From an uncultured Bdellovibrionales bacterium (GTDB lineage Bacteria; Patescibacteriota; Minisyncoccia; Moranbacterales; DUUL01): 64,000 nt of DNA. Location of the stretch: positions 20,325 to 84,324 of the forward strand of contig CAYFUG010000001.1 in NCBI GenBank assembly GCA_964346295.1, in the 5' to 3' direction. The stretch's first letter is position 1. The number at the start of each line of letters is the position of its first letter. The position numbers and the translations under genes are program-made. This document shows positions 1 to 9,979 of this stretch, one piece after another. The notes beneath the pieces were generated by a model. It did no database searches, was not told the origin of the DNA, and worked only from the letters and a program-made list of their open reading frames with translations.

Positions 1-133
1 TAATATCGGAGTCAAGAAGAATCACCAGCTTGTCCGGAGTGAGTTATCCAATTTAGAAGAAAAACTCCGGAGGGTTTTTAGGGTACAGGCAGAATCTCAA
101 GTAAAAAAACAGAAGCGGAAATTGCTTGCCTGA
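1..133 (+). CDS. 3' end of a CDS entering from the left edge (unknown product)
   Basis: Frame +2 is open from position 2 (NIGVKKNHQLVRSELSNLEEKLRRVF...KLLA) to TGA at 131-133. Confidence 0.5.
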   Translation, partial: NIGVKKNHQLVRSELSNLEEKLRRVFRVQAESQVKKQKRKLLA

Positions 134-186
134 ATTAAATGTGATAACTTTAGAATTAATTAATCCTAAAAATTAACTCAAAAAAC

Positions 187-432
187 ATGAACGAAGGAGA
201 ATTCGGTGCCCCCCCCAGAAAGCCAAAGAGTGAAAAAGCTCCTGAAATGTCTCAAGAAGGAGGAGGTGTTATAAAAAAAGTAATGGAAGCACTGGAAATT
301 GATCCCGAATCAATAACTTTGACTCCAGATGAACATGAGGCTTTGCGACAAATAACAGACGAAACAAAAAGAGGGCCAATAGACACCGACGGAATTGCAG
401 AAATTTTAAGAAAGGCTAGGGACCGTAGCTAG
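187..432 (+). CDS. Small hypothetical protein
   Basis: 81-aa ORF with ATG after an AT-rich spacer; protein-like charged composition. Confidence 0.6.
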   Translation: MNEGEFGAPPRKPKSEKAPEMSQEGGGVIKKVMEALEIDPESITLTPDEHEALRQITDETKRGPIDTDGIAEILRKARDRS

Positions 433-450
433 TAGCATCAAAATACTTCA

Positions 451-489
451 AAAAGCCGCATCACCTTCGTTCAGGCAGCGCGGCTTTTT
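451..489. terminator. Probable bidirectional intrinsic terminator
   Basis: AAAAGCCGC...GCGGCTTTTT stem with A/T tails between convergent ORFs. Confidence 0.5.
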
Positions 490-518
490 CTTTTCTCCTT
501 TCCTCAGGCCCACTCTGA

Positions 519-803
519 TCACCTCCAAAATTGAAAATAAGAGATCAAAGCTGCGGTGGTCAGAAGAACCAGAAAGGCGAAGGCGGAAACTAGGCACCAA
601 ATCCGCCTCGTCCTGCCCAGAGAATGCCTTCTGGCCTTTCCCCAAGCCCAGGCAACGGTCGCAGCAAGAAAGAAAACGAAGCCCTCCATCAAGCTGTCCT
701 TGATAAATCCGAAAACCACAAAAAGGACAGCAGCAGCAGCAAACAGCCTGTCCGTGGAGGCTTTTTCTTGATCATCTCTCACGCCAGAGACATCAGAACT
801 CAT
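519..803 (-). CDS. Small membrane protein (about 3 TM)
   Basis: Hydrophobic ORF; likely start MSSDVSG (ATG at 803) preceded by GGAGGAAGGAAGG. Confidence 0.55.
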   Translation of the reverse strand: MSSDVSGVRDDQEKASTDRLFAAAAVLFVVFGFIKDSLMEGFVFFLAATVAWAWGKARRHSLGRTRRIWCLVSAFAFLVLLTTAALISYFQFWR

Positions 804-1038
804 CTGACCTTCCTTCCTCCCTTTTTTGGGGATTTTAAAGTTTATTTTCTCTATTGTTGTCATTTTTTGACATTTTTGTCAACCTTTTTAGCCTTGGATT
901 GTTACTTTTGTCAATATTGAAAAATTGACCTTTTTTCTGTATTCTAAGTACTGATTACTCAATCATCCTTAACACTCCAGGGGCACTTGGAAAATAGTTT
1001 TAATTTTACCTACAATCCCTTAAAATAAATTGTATCCG

Positions 1039-3063
1039 ATGCTGTTAACTATCCTTACCAAGCTCATTCTCTCGCTGCTAATTGTTCTTGTAATTCCAGG
1101 TTTTTTTTTACTACTCGCCCTTTTTGGTCATTACGCTAGAAAAATCTCCTCCCTGGAAAAACTAGTTTACTCTTTTGCCCTCAGCCTCACTGCCACCAAT
1201 CTTTTAATGCTATTACTAGGTTTTTTTGATATTCCCCTTACTCGCCTTTCTTTGTTAGGAGCTTTTTTAGCTTTCTCTTTGGGGTGTGGAGGTTATTATT
1301 ACTGGAAAAAATCCCAAGTAAGCTCCTCCCGAAAGCAAACAACAAAGCTTTCCTCCCCTCCTCCCTCTACTATTTTCTCCTCTTTAAGTAAATTCTCCTA
1401 TCGCCAAATTGTTCTTTTTGGCATCTTACTGCTCCTTTTGGTTTCTTTGCGTGGTTTTTATTTAAGTCGAGGAATTATTCCTCAAACTACCGACCTAGGC
1501 CACCATGTTTACTGGACTAAATTAATCACTCAAACCGGAGAGTTGCCTAACTACGGCATGCCGGATTTCATTATTGGAGAACACCTCCCGATGGCCGCGG
1601 TCGGAATTCTTTCTGGTATTGACTTCATAAGCGCTTTTCCAGTACTAGTACTCTTCTGGATTAATATCTTCTCTTTACTAGCAACTGCCGTTTTAGTTTT
1701 TGAAATTGTCCAAAGCCTCACCTCTCGTTACTCTCTTTGGCCTAAACGAGGCTTCTTCTTGGCTCTGCTGATCGGAGGAGTCTTTTACGCTATTTCCTCC
1801 CCTCAAGCCAAATTTGTCTCGGGAGGCGTAGTAGGAAATGTTACTGGTAATTTATTTATTCCCTTGATCTTCCTCCTACTACTGAAGATTTGGAAAACCC
1901 GAAGAGCTCCCTGGGCCAGTCTGTTAATTCTTTCCGGGGCCACTCTGGCTTACACTCATCACCTCTCTTCTTTTATTTTCCTTTATTCCCTCCTGGGAAT
2001 AATTATCACCTCTTCAGCCACTATTTTACTGGCCCACAGAGGTAGCTTAAAAAAATTCTGGGAGACCCTGAAAAAATTCTTAGCCCCTTTTTTCGCCCCT
2101 TCAAATCTCTTGCTTTTACTAGGTTTCTTTTTGATGCTCTTTTTTATCTGGACCCCTTCTTATTTAAATCCCGAGGCAGTGGACACTGCAGTGGGCACTC
2201 CTATTAAATCTACTCGGACCGGTTTTAGTCTAAGCCAAATCATGCTCAGTGTAGGAGCTTGGAACTTTTTTTACGGAGGCCTAGGAGGAATCCTGCTAAC
2301 TCTCTTGGGAGTAAAATGGCTTACTAAAAGAAAGGCAGCCTCCTTAGATTTAACTTCAGATCCTTCAGCTACTAGTAAAAATAACTCTTCTTTCTTGTTA
2401 CGAGCTCTATTTGCTCTGGCTGTAATTTTAGGCTGGGCGGGAGCAGTCTTTTTAATGAGTAACCAGCCAGATCTCACTAAAGTAGACATTCCCTCTCGGA
2501 GAATTGTTAGCTATTTCACTTATCCCTTGATTGTGCTAAGTTCCGTAATGATTTTATTGATCTTAGAAAAAACTCGAGGAACTCTTTCTCGTCCTTTGTG
2601 GTTTTTGGTTTTTTCTGTTCTTTTGATGACTGGATTACTTTCTGGTTTGGGTGATTTATCAGAATCCGCTCGGAGCAAAGAACCCAAAGAAAATCAACAA
2701 GTGATGCAGACTTACCGGGCCGCTCAGTACCTGAAAGAGCGATTGGACGACGAGGTAATCCTAAAAGACCATAACTACCTAGAAGGCGACAGCTGGATGA
2801 AAATATTCTTTATGCGGGATTACGAGTTTCCACTTTCTAGAGGCCTCTTAAAACGCTATGAGGATCCACTTAATCCTCGAGAAACCTGCACTCGAGACAT
2901 GATCAGCATTCCCGAAAGCGAGGAAGCGAAAGCCTGCTTTGCCGAAACTGGAGTGGAATATATTGTCCTAAAAAAAGGCTACGATACCGCTAACTTTGAA
3001 AATTCTCCTAATTTTTCCCCGGTTTACGTTTCCAATTCGGTGATGATTTTTAAGAGAAATTAA
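1039..3063 (+). CDS. Multi-pass membrane protein, GT-C-like (DUF6541/DUF1616-like N-terminus)
   Basis: More than 12 hydrophobic segments; first loop TTDLGHH resembles a GT-C acidic motif; C-terminal soluble domain ending GVEYIVL...VYVSNSVMIFK. Confidence 0.65.
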   Translation: MLLTILTKLILSLLIVLVIPGFFLLLALFGHYARKISSLEKLVYSFALSLTATNLLMLLLGFFDIPLTRLSLLGAFLAFSLGCGGYYYWKKSQVSSSRKQTTKLSSPPPSTIFSSLSKFSYRQIVLFGILLLLLVSLRGFYLSRGIIPQTTDLGHHVYWTKLITQTGELPNYGMPDFIIGEHLPMAAVGILSGIDFISAFPVLVLFWINIFSLLATAVLVFEIVQSLTSRYSLWPKRGFFLALLIGGVFYAISSPQAKFVSGGVVGNVTGNLFIPLIFLLLLKIWKTRRAPWASLLILSGATLAYTHHLSSFIFLYSLLGIIITSSATILLAHRGSLKKFWETLKKFLAPFFAPSNLLLLLGFFLMLFFIWTPSYLNPEAVDTAVGTPIKSTRTGFSLSQIMLSVGAWNFFYGGLGGILLTLLGVKWLTKRKAASLDLTSDPSATSKNNSSFLLRALFALAVILGWAGAVFLMSNQPDLTKVDIPSRRIVSYFTYPLIVLSSVMILLILEKTRGTLSRPLWFLVFSVLLMTGLLSGLGDLSESARSKEPKENQQVMQTYRAAQYLKERLDDEVILKDHNYLEGDSWMKIFFMRDYEFPLSRGLLKRYEDPLNPRETCTRDMISIPESEEAKACFAETGVEYIVLKKGYDTANFENSPNFSPVYVSNSVMIFKRN

Positions 3064-3091
3064 GACCTTAATCATAAGTCTCTCAAATAAT

Positions 3092-3583
3092 ATGCTGCCC
3101 AAATATCAATCGTTGCTCAGTAAAAGATATTACCCAACTTTAATAGTCCTGGCTCTTCTGGTTCTTTTTTCGGTGGGGCTATTTTGGTATGGAGAGGAAA
3201 CTATGCACGCCGCTCGTCAGGGCTACACTGTTTTGGCTTTCGAAAACCCATCCAGCAAAGACCTTCCCTGTTCAGATAAAATCAAGCCCTCCTCTTTGAA
3301 CTTGGATTTCTTTATTCACAACCAAGAAAAAGAAACTTATGACTATCAAATTGTAGTTAACTTGGACGGAGAGGAGATAGCCCGCTGGAGGGAAACTGTC
3401 CCTACGGGAGCTCGAGAAATGATTAAATTTAACAAGCTAGCTCTTCCAAAGGTTAGCCAACAGATCGCCCAGGAGATTTACGCCAACACTCCTTGCTCGA
3501 CGAAAAGAACTTTGACCTTCAAAGTCTCCTGGGATCAAGGCAAAAAACAAGAAACTCTTAGCAAAAAAATTAATTTTCAATGA
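3092..3583 (+). CDS. Single-TM protein with extracytoplasmic beta domain (DUF1616 C-terminal-like)
   Basis: N-terminal TM, then GYTVLAF and FFIHNQEKETYDYQIVV; stop overlaps the next start. Confidence 0.55.
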   Translation: MLPKYQSLLSKRYYPTLIVLALLVLFSVGLFWYGEETMHAARQGYTVLAFENPSSKDLPCSDKIKPSSLNLDFFIHNQEKETYDYQIVVNLDGEEIARWRETVPTGAREMIKFNKLALPKVSQQIAQEIYANTPCSTKRTLTFKVSWDQGKKQETLSKKINFQ

Positions 3584-4752
3584 AAAAAATTCTTTTTTTT
3601 ACTCGCCCCTTGGCCCCACCCTGGGACGAAGCCTCTAAAAACTTAGCTCACGACATCGCCCTTCATTCTCAAAAGGAGGACTTTGATTATCAGCTTCTCA
3701 CCACTCCAAGCTATGCCAGTAAGCTCAAGCGGCGTTTTTCTCGAATTTCTCCCTTAGCGATTTATTCTTACCCGCAATTTTCTGCCACCGAGAAGATTAG
3801 GCTTTTGCGGTGGTTTTTTACCAAACCCCTGAAGGCAAACTTGATTCACTTTTTATTTACCCCCCGCAATTTAACCTCTGATTTAATTAAACGCCGCTTA
3901 AGAAAATTTGCTGGACCAACTGTTCAAACTATTGCTACCTTGAGCCCAACCTATTTTTCTAATCCTCGACTACTGAAAAAAGTCCTATTTGCTAAACTAA
4001 TCGTAACTCAGTCCCACCACACCCAAAAAAAAATACAACAGGCCGGAATTGAAAACACTGAAACTATCTATCCCGGTATCGACTTGGAAAAATTTTCTCC
4101 CGCCCCGGTCAATAAAAAATTAGCTCAAAAATTAGGGATCGACCCAGGAAAAGACTTGGTGCTGCTTTACGCCGGGGAATACACTCGCCTAGGAGGAGAC
4201 TTGGAAGATGTTATAGAAGCTTTCAAGTTAATCAAACAAGAAGAGGCGAAAGATCAATTCAGTAAGAAAACCAAATTGATCGTTGCCTGCCGCATCAAAT
4301 CGGCTGCCGATCGTACCAAAGAAAAAGAACTTCGAGAGATGATTGAAAAAAGCTCTCAAAGAAGTTACACTAAAGACATCATTCTTCCTGGTCATTGCAC
4401 CAACATGCCCGGCATTTACAATCTGAGTGGCATTCATCTCTTCCCGGCTCGCAAAATGGAAGGCAAGTTTGACATTCCTTATGTGGTTATTGAAGCGATG
4501 GCTTGCGGCAAACCCGTTATTGTTTCTGACCTGTCTATCTTGCAAGAATTTGTCACCGATAAAGAAAACGGCCTCATTACTCCCCAAGGAAAGCCCGAAA
4601 GGTTAGCTGAAAAAATCACCACTCTGGTTAAAAATGAGAGTTTGAGAGAAAAATTGGGCCAAAATGCCTATCAATACGCCCAAGAGAATTTTAATATTAA
4701 GAAAACAGCCAAAAAATATGAAGAAGTTTACCAAAAACTTCTTTCAAAATAA
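3580..4752 (+). CDS. Glycosyltransferase family 4
   Basis: IYPGID, IEAMACGKPVIVSD, NGLI..P and LGQNA GT-B motifs. Confidence 0.92.
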   Translation: MKKILFFTRPLAPPWDEASKNLAHDIALHSQKEDFDYQLLTTPSYASKLKRRFSRISPLAIYSYPQFSATEKIRLLRWFFTKPLKANLIHFLFTPRNLTSDLIKRRLRKFAGPTVQTIATLSPTYFSNPRLLKKVLFAKLIVTQSHHTQKKIQQAGIENTETIYPGIDLEKFSPAPVNKKLAQKLGIDPGKDLVLLYAGEYTRLGGDLEDVIEAFKLIKQEEAKDQFSKKTKLIVACRIKSAADRTKEKELREMIEKSSQRSYTKDIILPGHCTNMPGIYNLSGIHLFPARKMEGKFDIPYVVIEAMACGKPVIVSDLSILQEFVTDKENGLITPQGKPERLAEKITTLVKNESLREKLGQNAYQYAQENFNIKKTAKKYEEVYQKLLSK

Positions 4753-4772
4753 CTCGACTCAATGCCCATTTC

Positions 4773-6287
4773 ATGCCTATCAAACCCAAAAAAGTCTCCG
4801 CTCATCAATTCGTACTGGAGCCCCCTCAAAAACCCAAAAAGGATGAACAGCAAGTCCCGGTCCAACTGAATGTTAGCGAAGATCTCCTACCCAACCAACC
4901 TACCTTGGAACAGCTAAAAAAAGTAGCCGCTGATCCTCATGCTTTCCAGCAAGTGGCCGCCTTGACAGATGTTCATCCCAAAAAGGGCCGCCGCAACCCC
5001 ACCGGCACCGCTGTTGCCACTCAAGGCGCCTTTCTACCTCAATTGGTCGATAGCGCTCCCAATTGCGGGATGCGGATGATTAAAACTCCCTTTGGCGAAG
5101 GCGATCTCACCAAAGATCAGCTTCACCGACTTTTTGAGGAGCTGGTGGAAGTCGTACCTACCAAGCGCTACATCGGCACTCCCCTGTCTCACAAGACTAT
5201 CTTAGATGTTTCTCGTCGGGGAGCCGCGGCCATCTTAGACTCTTACCGGAGAAAGGCTAATCAAGTCAATAATATTCAACAACAAGGCAATGCCTTCGAG
5301 GGGGAAAAGATCACTAACCAAGATCTTTTTGGCGCTATTCCTCGTCTCTTTTTTAGAATCGCTCAACTAAGGCTAGGAATCCTAGGGGCGGCTGGTAATC
5401 ACTTTTTAGACTTGATGAAGATTGAAGACATTCTGGACGAAAAAGTGGCCAACAAGTTTGACCTCAAAAAGGGTCAATATGTTTTTCTTTTGCACACCGG
5501 CAGCGGGATGTTCGGTCAGTACTGTAGTTATTTCTATATGCCCAAAAAGAAGGAGCACCTCAGTCAAAAGCTAATTACCGAAAGTGCTCGCTTTACTTTC
5601 TTGAATGATAAAATCGCCTGGCATCGACAACTAGAAGAGGAGCTTCCTTACTATCAAGACCAAGAAGAATTTTACGCTATCGACGAAAACAGTGAACTGG
5701 CTCGAAATTTTATGATTGCCCACCGCGCCGCCGCTAATCACGGAGTGGCTAACCGTACTTTACTGCAAATTCACATCGAAAACGCCATGGAGCGGGTCTT
5801 GAAAAAGAAATTAAAAAACCTGCCCTTGGTTTACGATATGACTCATATTTCTATTCGCAAAGAAAGACACTTCGAGAAAGATGTCTGGGTCCATCGCAAT
5901 GGCACTGTCCGAGCCTACGGACCAGAGCGAATGAAGGGCGCTAAACCCTACGAAGAGACCGGCGAGCCCATTTTTGCCCCCTCCTCCATGAGCACTCCCG
6001 CTTACTTAGGAGTAGGAACCGATGAAAATCAAGACACCTTTTTTAGCGCCTCCCACGGTACCGGCAAGTCTAAGGCTAAAACCTCGGAAGTCCCGGAAAG
6101 TAAATCTGCTCTCCATGCTAAAATGAAGGACCGCGGCATCCGGCTCTACAACGCTCAATCTCGGGGAATCTTAGAACAAGACGCCTCTCACTACAAGGAC
6201 ATTGAGGAAGGCATTGAGGGAATGCGAGAAAATAAAATTATGAAGCCGGTAGTCAAAATGAAACCGGTAGCGGTATTGATGTATTAG
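4773..6287 (+). CDS. RtcB-family protein (divergent active site)
   Basis: DVH, NCGMR, GNHFLD, HTGS, YDMTH, VHRNG, SHGTG and HYKDIEE match the RtcB motif order. Confidence 0.88.
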   Translation: MPIKPKKVSAHQFVLEPPQKPKKDEQQVPVQLNVSEDLLPNQPTLEQLKKVAADPHAFQQVAALTDVHPKKGRRNPTGTAVATQGAFLPQLVDSAPNCGMRMIKTPFGEGDLTKDQLHRLFEELVEVVPTKRYIGTPLSHKTILDVSRRGAAAILDSYRRKANQVNNIQQQGNAFEGEKITNQDLFGAIPRLFFRIAQLRLGILGAAGNHFLDLMKIEDILDEKVANKFDLKKGQYVFLLHTGSGMFGQYCSYFYMPKKKEHLSQKLITESARFTFLNDKIAWHRQLEEELPYYQDQEEFYAIDENSELARNFMIAHRAAANHGVANRTLLQIHIENAMERVLKKKLKNLPLVYDMTHISIRKERHFEKDVWVHRNGTVRAYGPERMKGAKPYEETGEPIFAPSSMSTPAYLGVGTDENQDTFFSASHGTGKSKAKTSEVPESKSALHAKMKDRGIRLYNAQSRGILEQDASHYKDIEEGIEGMRENKIMKPVVKMKPVAVLMY

Positions 6288-6337
6288 GGAAATTAACTAC
6301 AATAAGCTTCTTCCAAAAAAAATTAACCAAAAAAATA

Positions 6338-6856
6338 ATGCGCCCCGATGGACCTTTTAAATTTAACCTTACGAAACCCGAAAGTAACCGAGCCTTTAAG
6401 GATGAGGAGTTGAGAAGAAAATTTGAAGCAGCAGAAAACAAAAGAGATGCGAAAAAAAGAGCCACTCAAGAAGCAGCCGCTCCTCTTAAACCTACCGAAC
6501 AAGAAACCGTTGAGCAAGGAACGCATCCAGCAGCAGAAGGCTTTGACCCATCAAGCTTTGATTTTCTAACCGATCCTAGTGCAAATAGAAAACTCGCAAT
6601 AGAAATCAAAAAAATATTTGAACAAGCAGGAATCAGTCAAAGATTAGAAGTTGCAGCAAAAAGTATCGATTACAGAAGATGGGAGAGGGAAAAAGGCAGC
6701 ATAGACTACCCAACAGAATTAGGAAAAAGAATTGCTGTAGCAAAAAAAGATGCTTATGATGGAAGCAAAGGATTAAGTGAGGCCCTTTGGGAAGCCGAAG
6801 ATGCTATAGCAAAACTTGAAGCAATCGCAAAAGAATATCCTGCTGGTTCGAATTAA
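6338..6856 (+). CDS. Hypothetical protein
   Basis: 172-aa ORF, helical and charged; no recognisable motif. Confidence 0.6.
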   Translation: MRPDGPFKFNLTKPESNRAFKDEELRRKFEAAENKRDAKKRATQEAAAPLKPTEQETVEQGTHPAAEGFDPSSFDFLTDPSANRKLAIEIKKIFEQAGISQRLEVAAKSIDYRRWEREKGSIDYPTELGKRIAVAKKDAYDGSKGLSEALWEAEDAIAKLEAIAKEYPAGSN

Positions 6857-6883
6857 GCTATTCGAATCTAGCTTTTTACGAGC

Positions 6884-6912
6884 AGAGGCATGCCATGGCG
6901 TGCCTCTTTTTA
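6884..6912 (+). terminator. REP-like palindrome acting as probable terminator
   Basis: AGAGGCATGCCATGGCGTGCCTCT followed by a T-run. Confidence 0.55.
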
Positions 6913-6997
6913 TGAACCATTTTCCAGCCCCCGCTTTGATTTTAATCTCGTTTTAGGTTAAAATAAAACTCGTAATTGCATTTAAAAATAAACTAAA

Positions 6998-7648
6998 ATG
7001 CTAACTCCAAAATCAAGATTGGCTCTTACTTCCTCACTCCTGTTTTTAGGCACTTTTTTGATACTAACTCTTCTGGCCGGAACAATCAGCTCCACCCCTG
7101 TCCAAGCCGCCCCCATTGACTACAGTTATGAAAACCCTATTCAGGTTAATAGCTTCAGTGGATGGCTGAGCAATCTCCTTGCTAATATCCAAGGAGTAGT
7201 AGGCTGGATTGCTGTTATCTTAATTGCCATCGGCGGCCTGGTTTATATCACCTCCGGCGGCTCTCAAGGTCAAGTCACCCTGGGTAAAACCATTATTACT
7301 TGGGCCTTGGTCGGCTTTGCCTTGGTAGTAGCTGCCCCCTCTCTTTTAAAAGAAGTTTATGCCATTGCTAAGGGAGACGCTGCTATTTCTGGCATTACTG
7401 ACCAAAGAAGTGTTTTGGACATGCTAACAGGTATTCTTAATTTTATTTTGCTGCTCATTGGAAGCCTCAGTCTAATCAGCTTTACCCTAGGTGGCTTTTT
7501 TTATGTTACTGCTGCTGGAGACTATTCTCGGCAAAACAAGGCCAAAGACATTATTGTCTACTCCATTATTGCCTTAGTAGTTTCTGGGTCCGGCATTATC
7601 GTCGTTAAGCAAGTCTTTAATGTTCTCTCCGCCGGAGGGGGCTCCTAA
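6998..7648 (+). CDS. Tandem TrbC/VirB2-like (CPR-type) pilin
   Basis: Signal peptide plus two repeats of GG..YITSGG...GK..I.WALVG / GG..YVTAAG...KAK..I.YSII. Confidence 0.8.
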   Translation: MLTPKSRLALTSSLLFLGTFLILTLLAGTISSTPVQAAPIDYSYENPIQVNSFSGWLSNLLANIQGVVGWIAVILIAIGGLVYITSGGSQGQVTLGKTIITWALVGFALVVAAPSLLKEVYAIAKGDAAISGITDQRSVLDMLTGILNFILLLIGSLSLISFTLGGFFYVTAAGDYSRQNKAKDIIVYSIIALVVSGSGIIVVKQVFNVLSAGGGS

Positions 7649-7665
7649 GTTAAGATAAAAATTCA

Positions 7666-7956
7666 ATGAAAAGTAAAGTTATTTTAATCCCTCATAATGG
7701 AGTAAAGCCATTAAACAATCTCGCTGGAACCAGATCGCTAATTAGATGCAAAAAGGCTCTGGAAGTCCTCAAGGAAAAAGATTTTGATTACATCATAACC
7801 TCAGGAGGCCTTGGACACAGACAATCAGTCCAAACAATTCCAGTAGCAGACTTAATGAAAAACTGGCTAGTAAAAAAAGGCATCTCTCAAAAAAATAACC
7901 TAGCTTCTTTCTCCCGACAGAATCTTCTTCGTAAACAGCTTAGGAATTTCAAATGA
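7666..7956 (+). pseudogene. Truncated YdcF/ElyC (DUF218)-like fragment
   Basis: RCKKAL...IITSGG...ADLMKNWL..KGI matches the family N-terminal half; the C-terminal half is missing. Confidence 0.55.
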
Positions 7957-8864
7957 ATCAATATTTAGCCCTAACAATAGTAACCATCACCGAGGCCACC
8001 ATTGGCGTTTTTGTCAAATTGGTGGGCGATAATGTTCCGATTTTATCTTTAAATTTTTATCGGGTATTTTTTGCCGCGCTACTTTTGGCTGCGGCCATGC
8101 CTTTCTTCAATCGTTCTTTTTGGAAGTTCCCCAAAAGGAATTTCAAGGATACGTTTATCATCGGGGCACTTATTGCCACTCAAATTTGCATTTTCAATAT
8201 CGCCATGACTTTGGCACCGATTGCTAATGTAGTAATTTTCTGGAGCATTTCTCCTTTTTTCGCCTTTATTTTTTCTCGAATCTTTCTTAAAGAACCAACC
8301 AAAAAAGAACATGTCTTTATTTTCTTGATTGCCATCTTGGGAGTCGCTATTGCTGAACCCATTAGTAACAACAGTGCCCACACCCTAGGTAATCTCATTT
8401 CCCTGGGTAGTGGAGTCGTTTATGCCGCCCTAGTAACCTACATGCGGCATGAAGGCAAAACCGAAGAAAACAGTGACATCTTTTGGTCGATCACCTTTGC
8501 TGCCCTCATCCTCTTGCCAGGATTACTAATTTCTGGACCTGGAAAACTCTTTAAACTATTAGATTACTCTGCCCTCCCTTTCGATGTCCCGGTAATTGCC
8601 TGGGTGATTGCCTTGGGAGTTTTTTCCACTGGCTTGGCCTACCTTTTTATCTCGGTAGCTATCAAAAAAATTAGCGCCAACATTTATTCCCTGGTTGATA
8701 CAGTAGTCTCCCCAATTATAGCAGCCTTCTTTGGATTTTTAGCCTTCGGAGAAGTTCCCTCTTCTAATATGGTTTACGGAGGAATTCTCCTAATAATCTC
8801 TGGTTTCTGGCTTACTCAACATATGCGTAAAAAATCCATCGAACCGGTAACTGTTAATAAGTAA
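7953..8864 (+). CDS. DMT/EamA family transporter
   Basis: About 10 TM in two EamA repeats (FYRVFFA, SPFFA..IFLKE, FGEVP..YGGILL). Confidence 0.9.
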   Translation: MNQYLALTIVTITEATIGVFVKLVGDNVPILSLNFYRVFFAALLLAAAMPFFNRSFWKFPKRNFKDTFIIGALIATQICIFNIAMTLAPIANVVIFWSISPFFAFIFSRIFLKEPTKKEHVFIFLIAILGVAIAEPISNNSAHTLGNLISLGSGVVYAALVTYMRHEGKTEENSDIFWSITFAALILLPGLLISGPGKLFKLLDYSALPFDVPVIAWVIALGVFSTGLAYLFISVAIKKISANIYSLVDTVVSPIIAAFFGFLAFGEVPSSNMVYGGILLIISGFWLTQHMRKKSIEPVTVNK

Positions 8865-9163
8865 CTGGGGCTCATACCATCGTTAGTTAAATTCTATGCT
8901 TATTATAGGCTTAAATCAAAAACTTTGAGTAAGAGCCTACTTGAAAAATCCAAGGAAGAAAGATGCGAGCGAGAGAATATGAAATTGAAGATAATTCCTC
9001 TTGTCTGAGTAGTTTAGATTTTTATCTGCAATCTTGTGAATCCTTGGAGCAATATTTAGCTAAAGAATCAAGCTGCGAGTCAGGAATTATCTTCAATTTC
9101 ATATTCTGGAGCGAGATCATCAATTCCAAAATCATTATTGACTTCAAAAAAATCCTTTTTTCA

Positions 9164-9766
9164 ATGAAAATAATAACCATCTCCGGCCTAGACGGCTCCG
9201 GCAAAACCACCCAAGCAGACCTCCTAGAAAAACACTGGCAACAAACCGGCCGGCGAGTTTTATGTTTTCACTCCGCTCAATTCTCCATTGCTAACCGTCT
9301 TTTGATCAAGAAGGAAAAACGAGGCTCCGGTCAATCTCCCGCTGTCAGTAGAGCCAGTTGGCCTAAAATTTTCCTGCGCAAAATCGCCCTCTTGATTGAC
9401 ATCCTGCACTTTCGAATCCGCCTGTCTCTTTGGAGGCGCCGATTTGACTTTCTACTTGCTGACCGCTATTTTTTTGATCAACTGCTCAACATTGCCTTTT
9501 TAGAAAATAAACGCAATCTAGAAGAGTTTTCACCCCTAGAAGAAATCCTCACTCGCTTAATACCTCGCCCTAGTTATTGCTTTTTTATCGAACTGAATCC
9601 CCAAGAAATTCTTAAACGCAGCCGTGGGGTAGAGCAAGGCCTAGAGTACCTAAAAAAGAAAGCCCCTCTCTACCAATCCCTGACCCAACACCCTTTTTTC
9701 ATTAAGATTGACGGGAGCCAAGACAAACAGGCTATTTTTGAAAAGATTTTAGATAAGATTAAATAA
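9164..9766 (+). CDS. Thymidylate-kinase-like P-loop kinase
   Basis: MKIITISGLDGSGKTTQ P-loop, DRY motif and IDGSQ; ATG at 9164 preferred over the upstream ORF start. Confidence 0.8.
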   Translation: MKIITISGLDGSGKTTQADLLEKHWQQTGRRVLCFHSAQFSIANRLLIKKEKRGSGQSPAVSRASWPKIFLRKIALLIDILHFRIRLSLWRRRFDFLLADRYFFDQLLNIAFLENKRNLEEFSPLEEILTRLIPRPSYCFFIELNPQEILKRSRGVEQGLEYLKKKAPLYQSLTQHPFFIKIDGSQDKQAIFEKILDKIK

Positions 9767-9979
9767 CTCCCTACTCCTTCTAGTTCTTAGAGCCTGTTTC
9801 AAAAATCGCTTTCGCAATGAAATTTTTAAATTTTTAGCAAAAGATTAGTCCTTCAGATTTTGAGTGAATCTTAGAGGGCAACCGAGTATCAAAGCGAGCC
9901 GCGCTAAAAGAAAAATACTGCAAGTAAGACGCCAGGGCTTCGACAGCGAAATTCGCCAAAACATTAAGACTCCCAACCA

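Noticed and set aside
8963-9163. 67-aa N-terminal extension of the kinase ORF in the track
   Set aside because: It overlaps an IS-end-like intergenic segment; family homology begins at ATG 9164.
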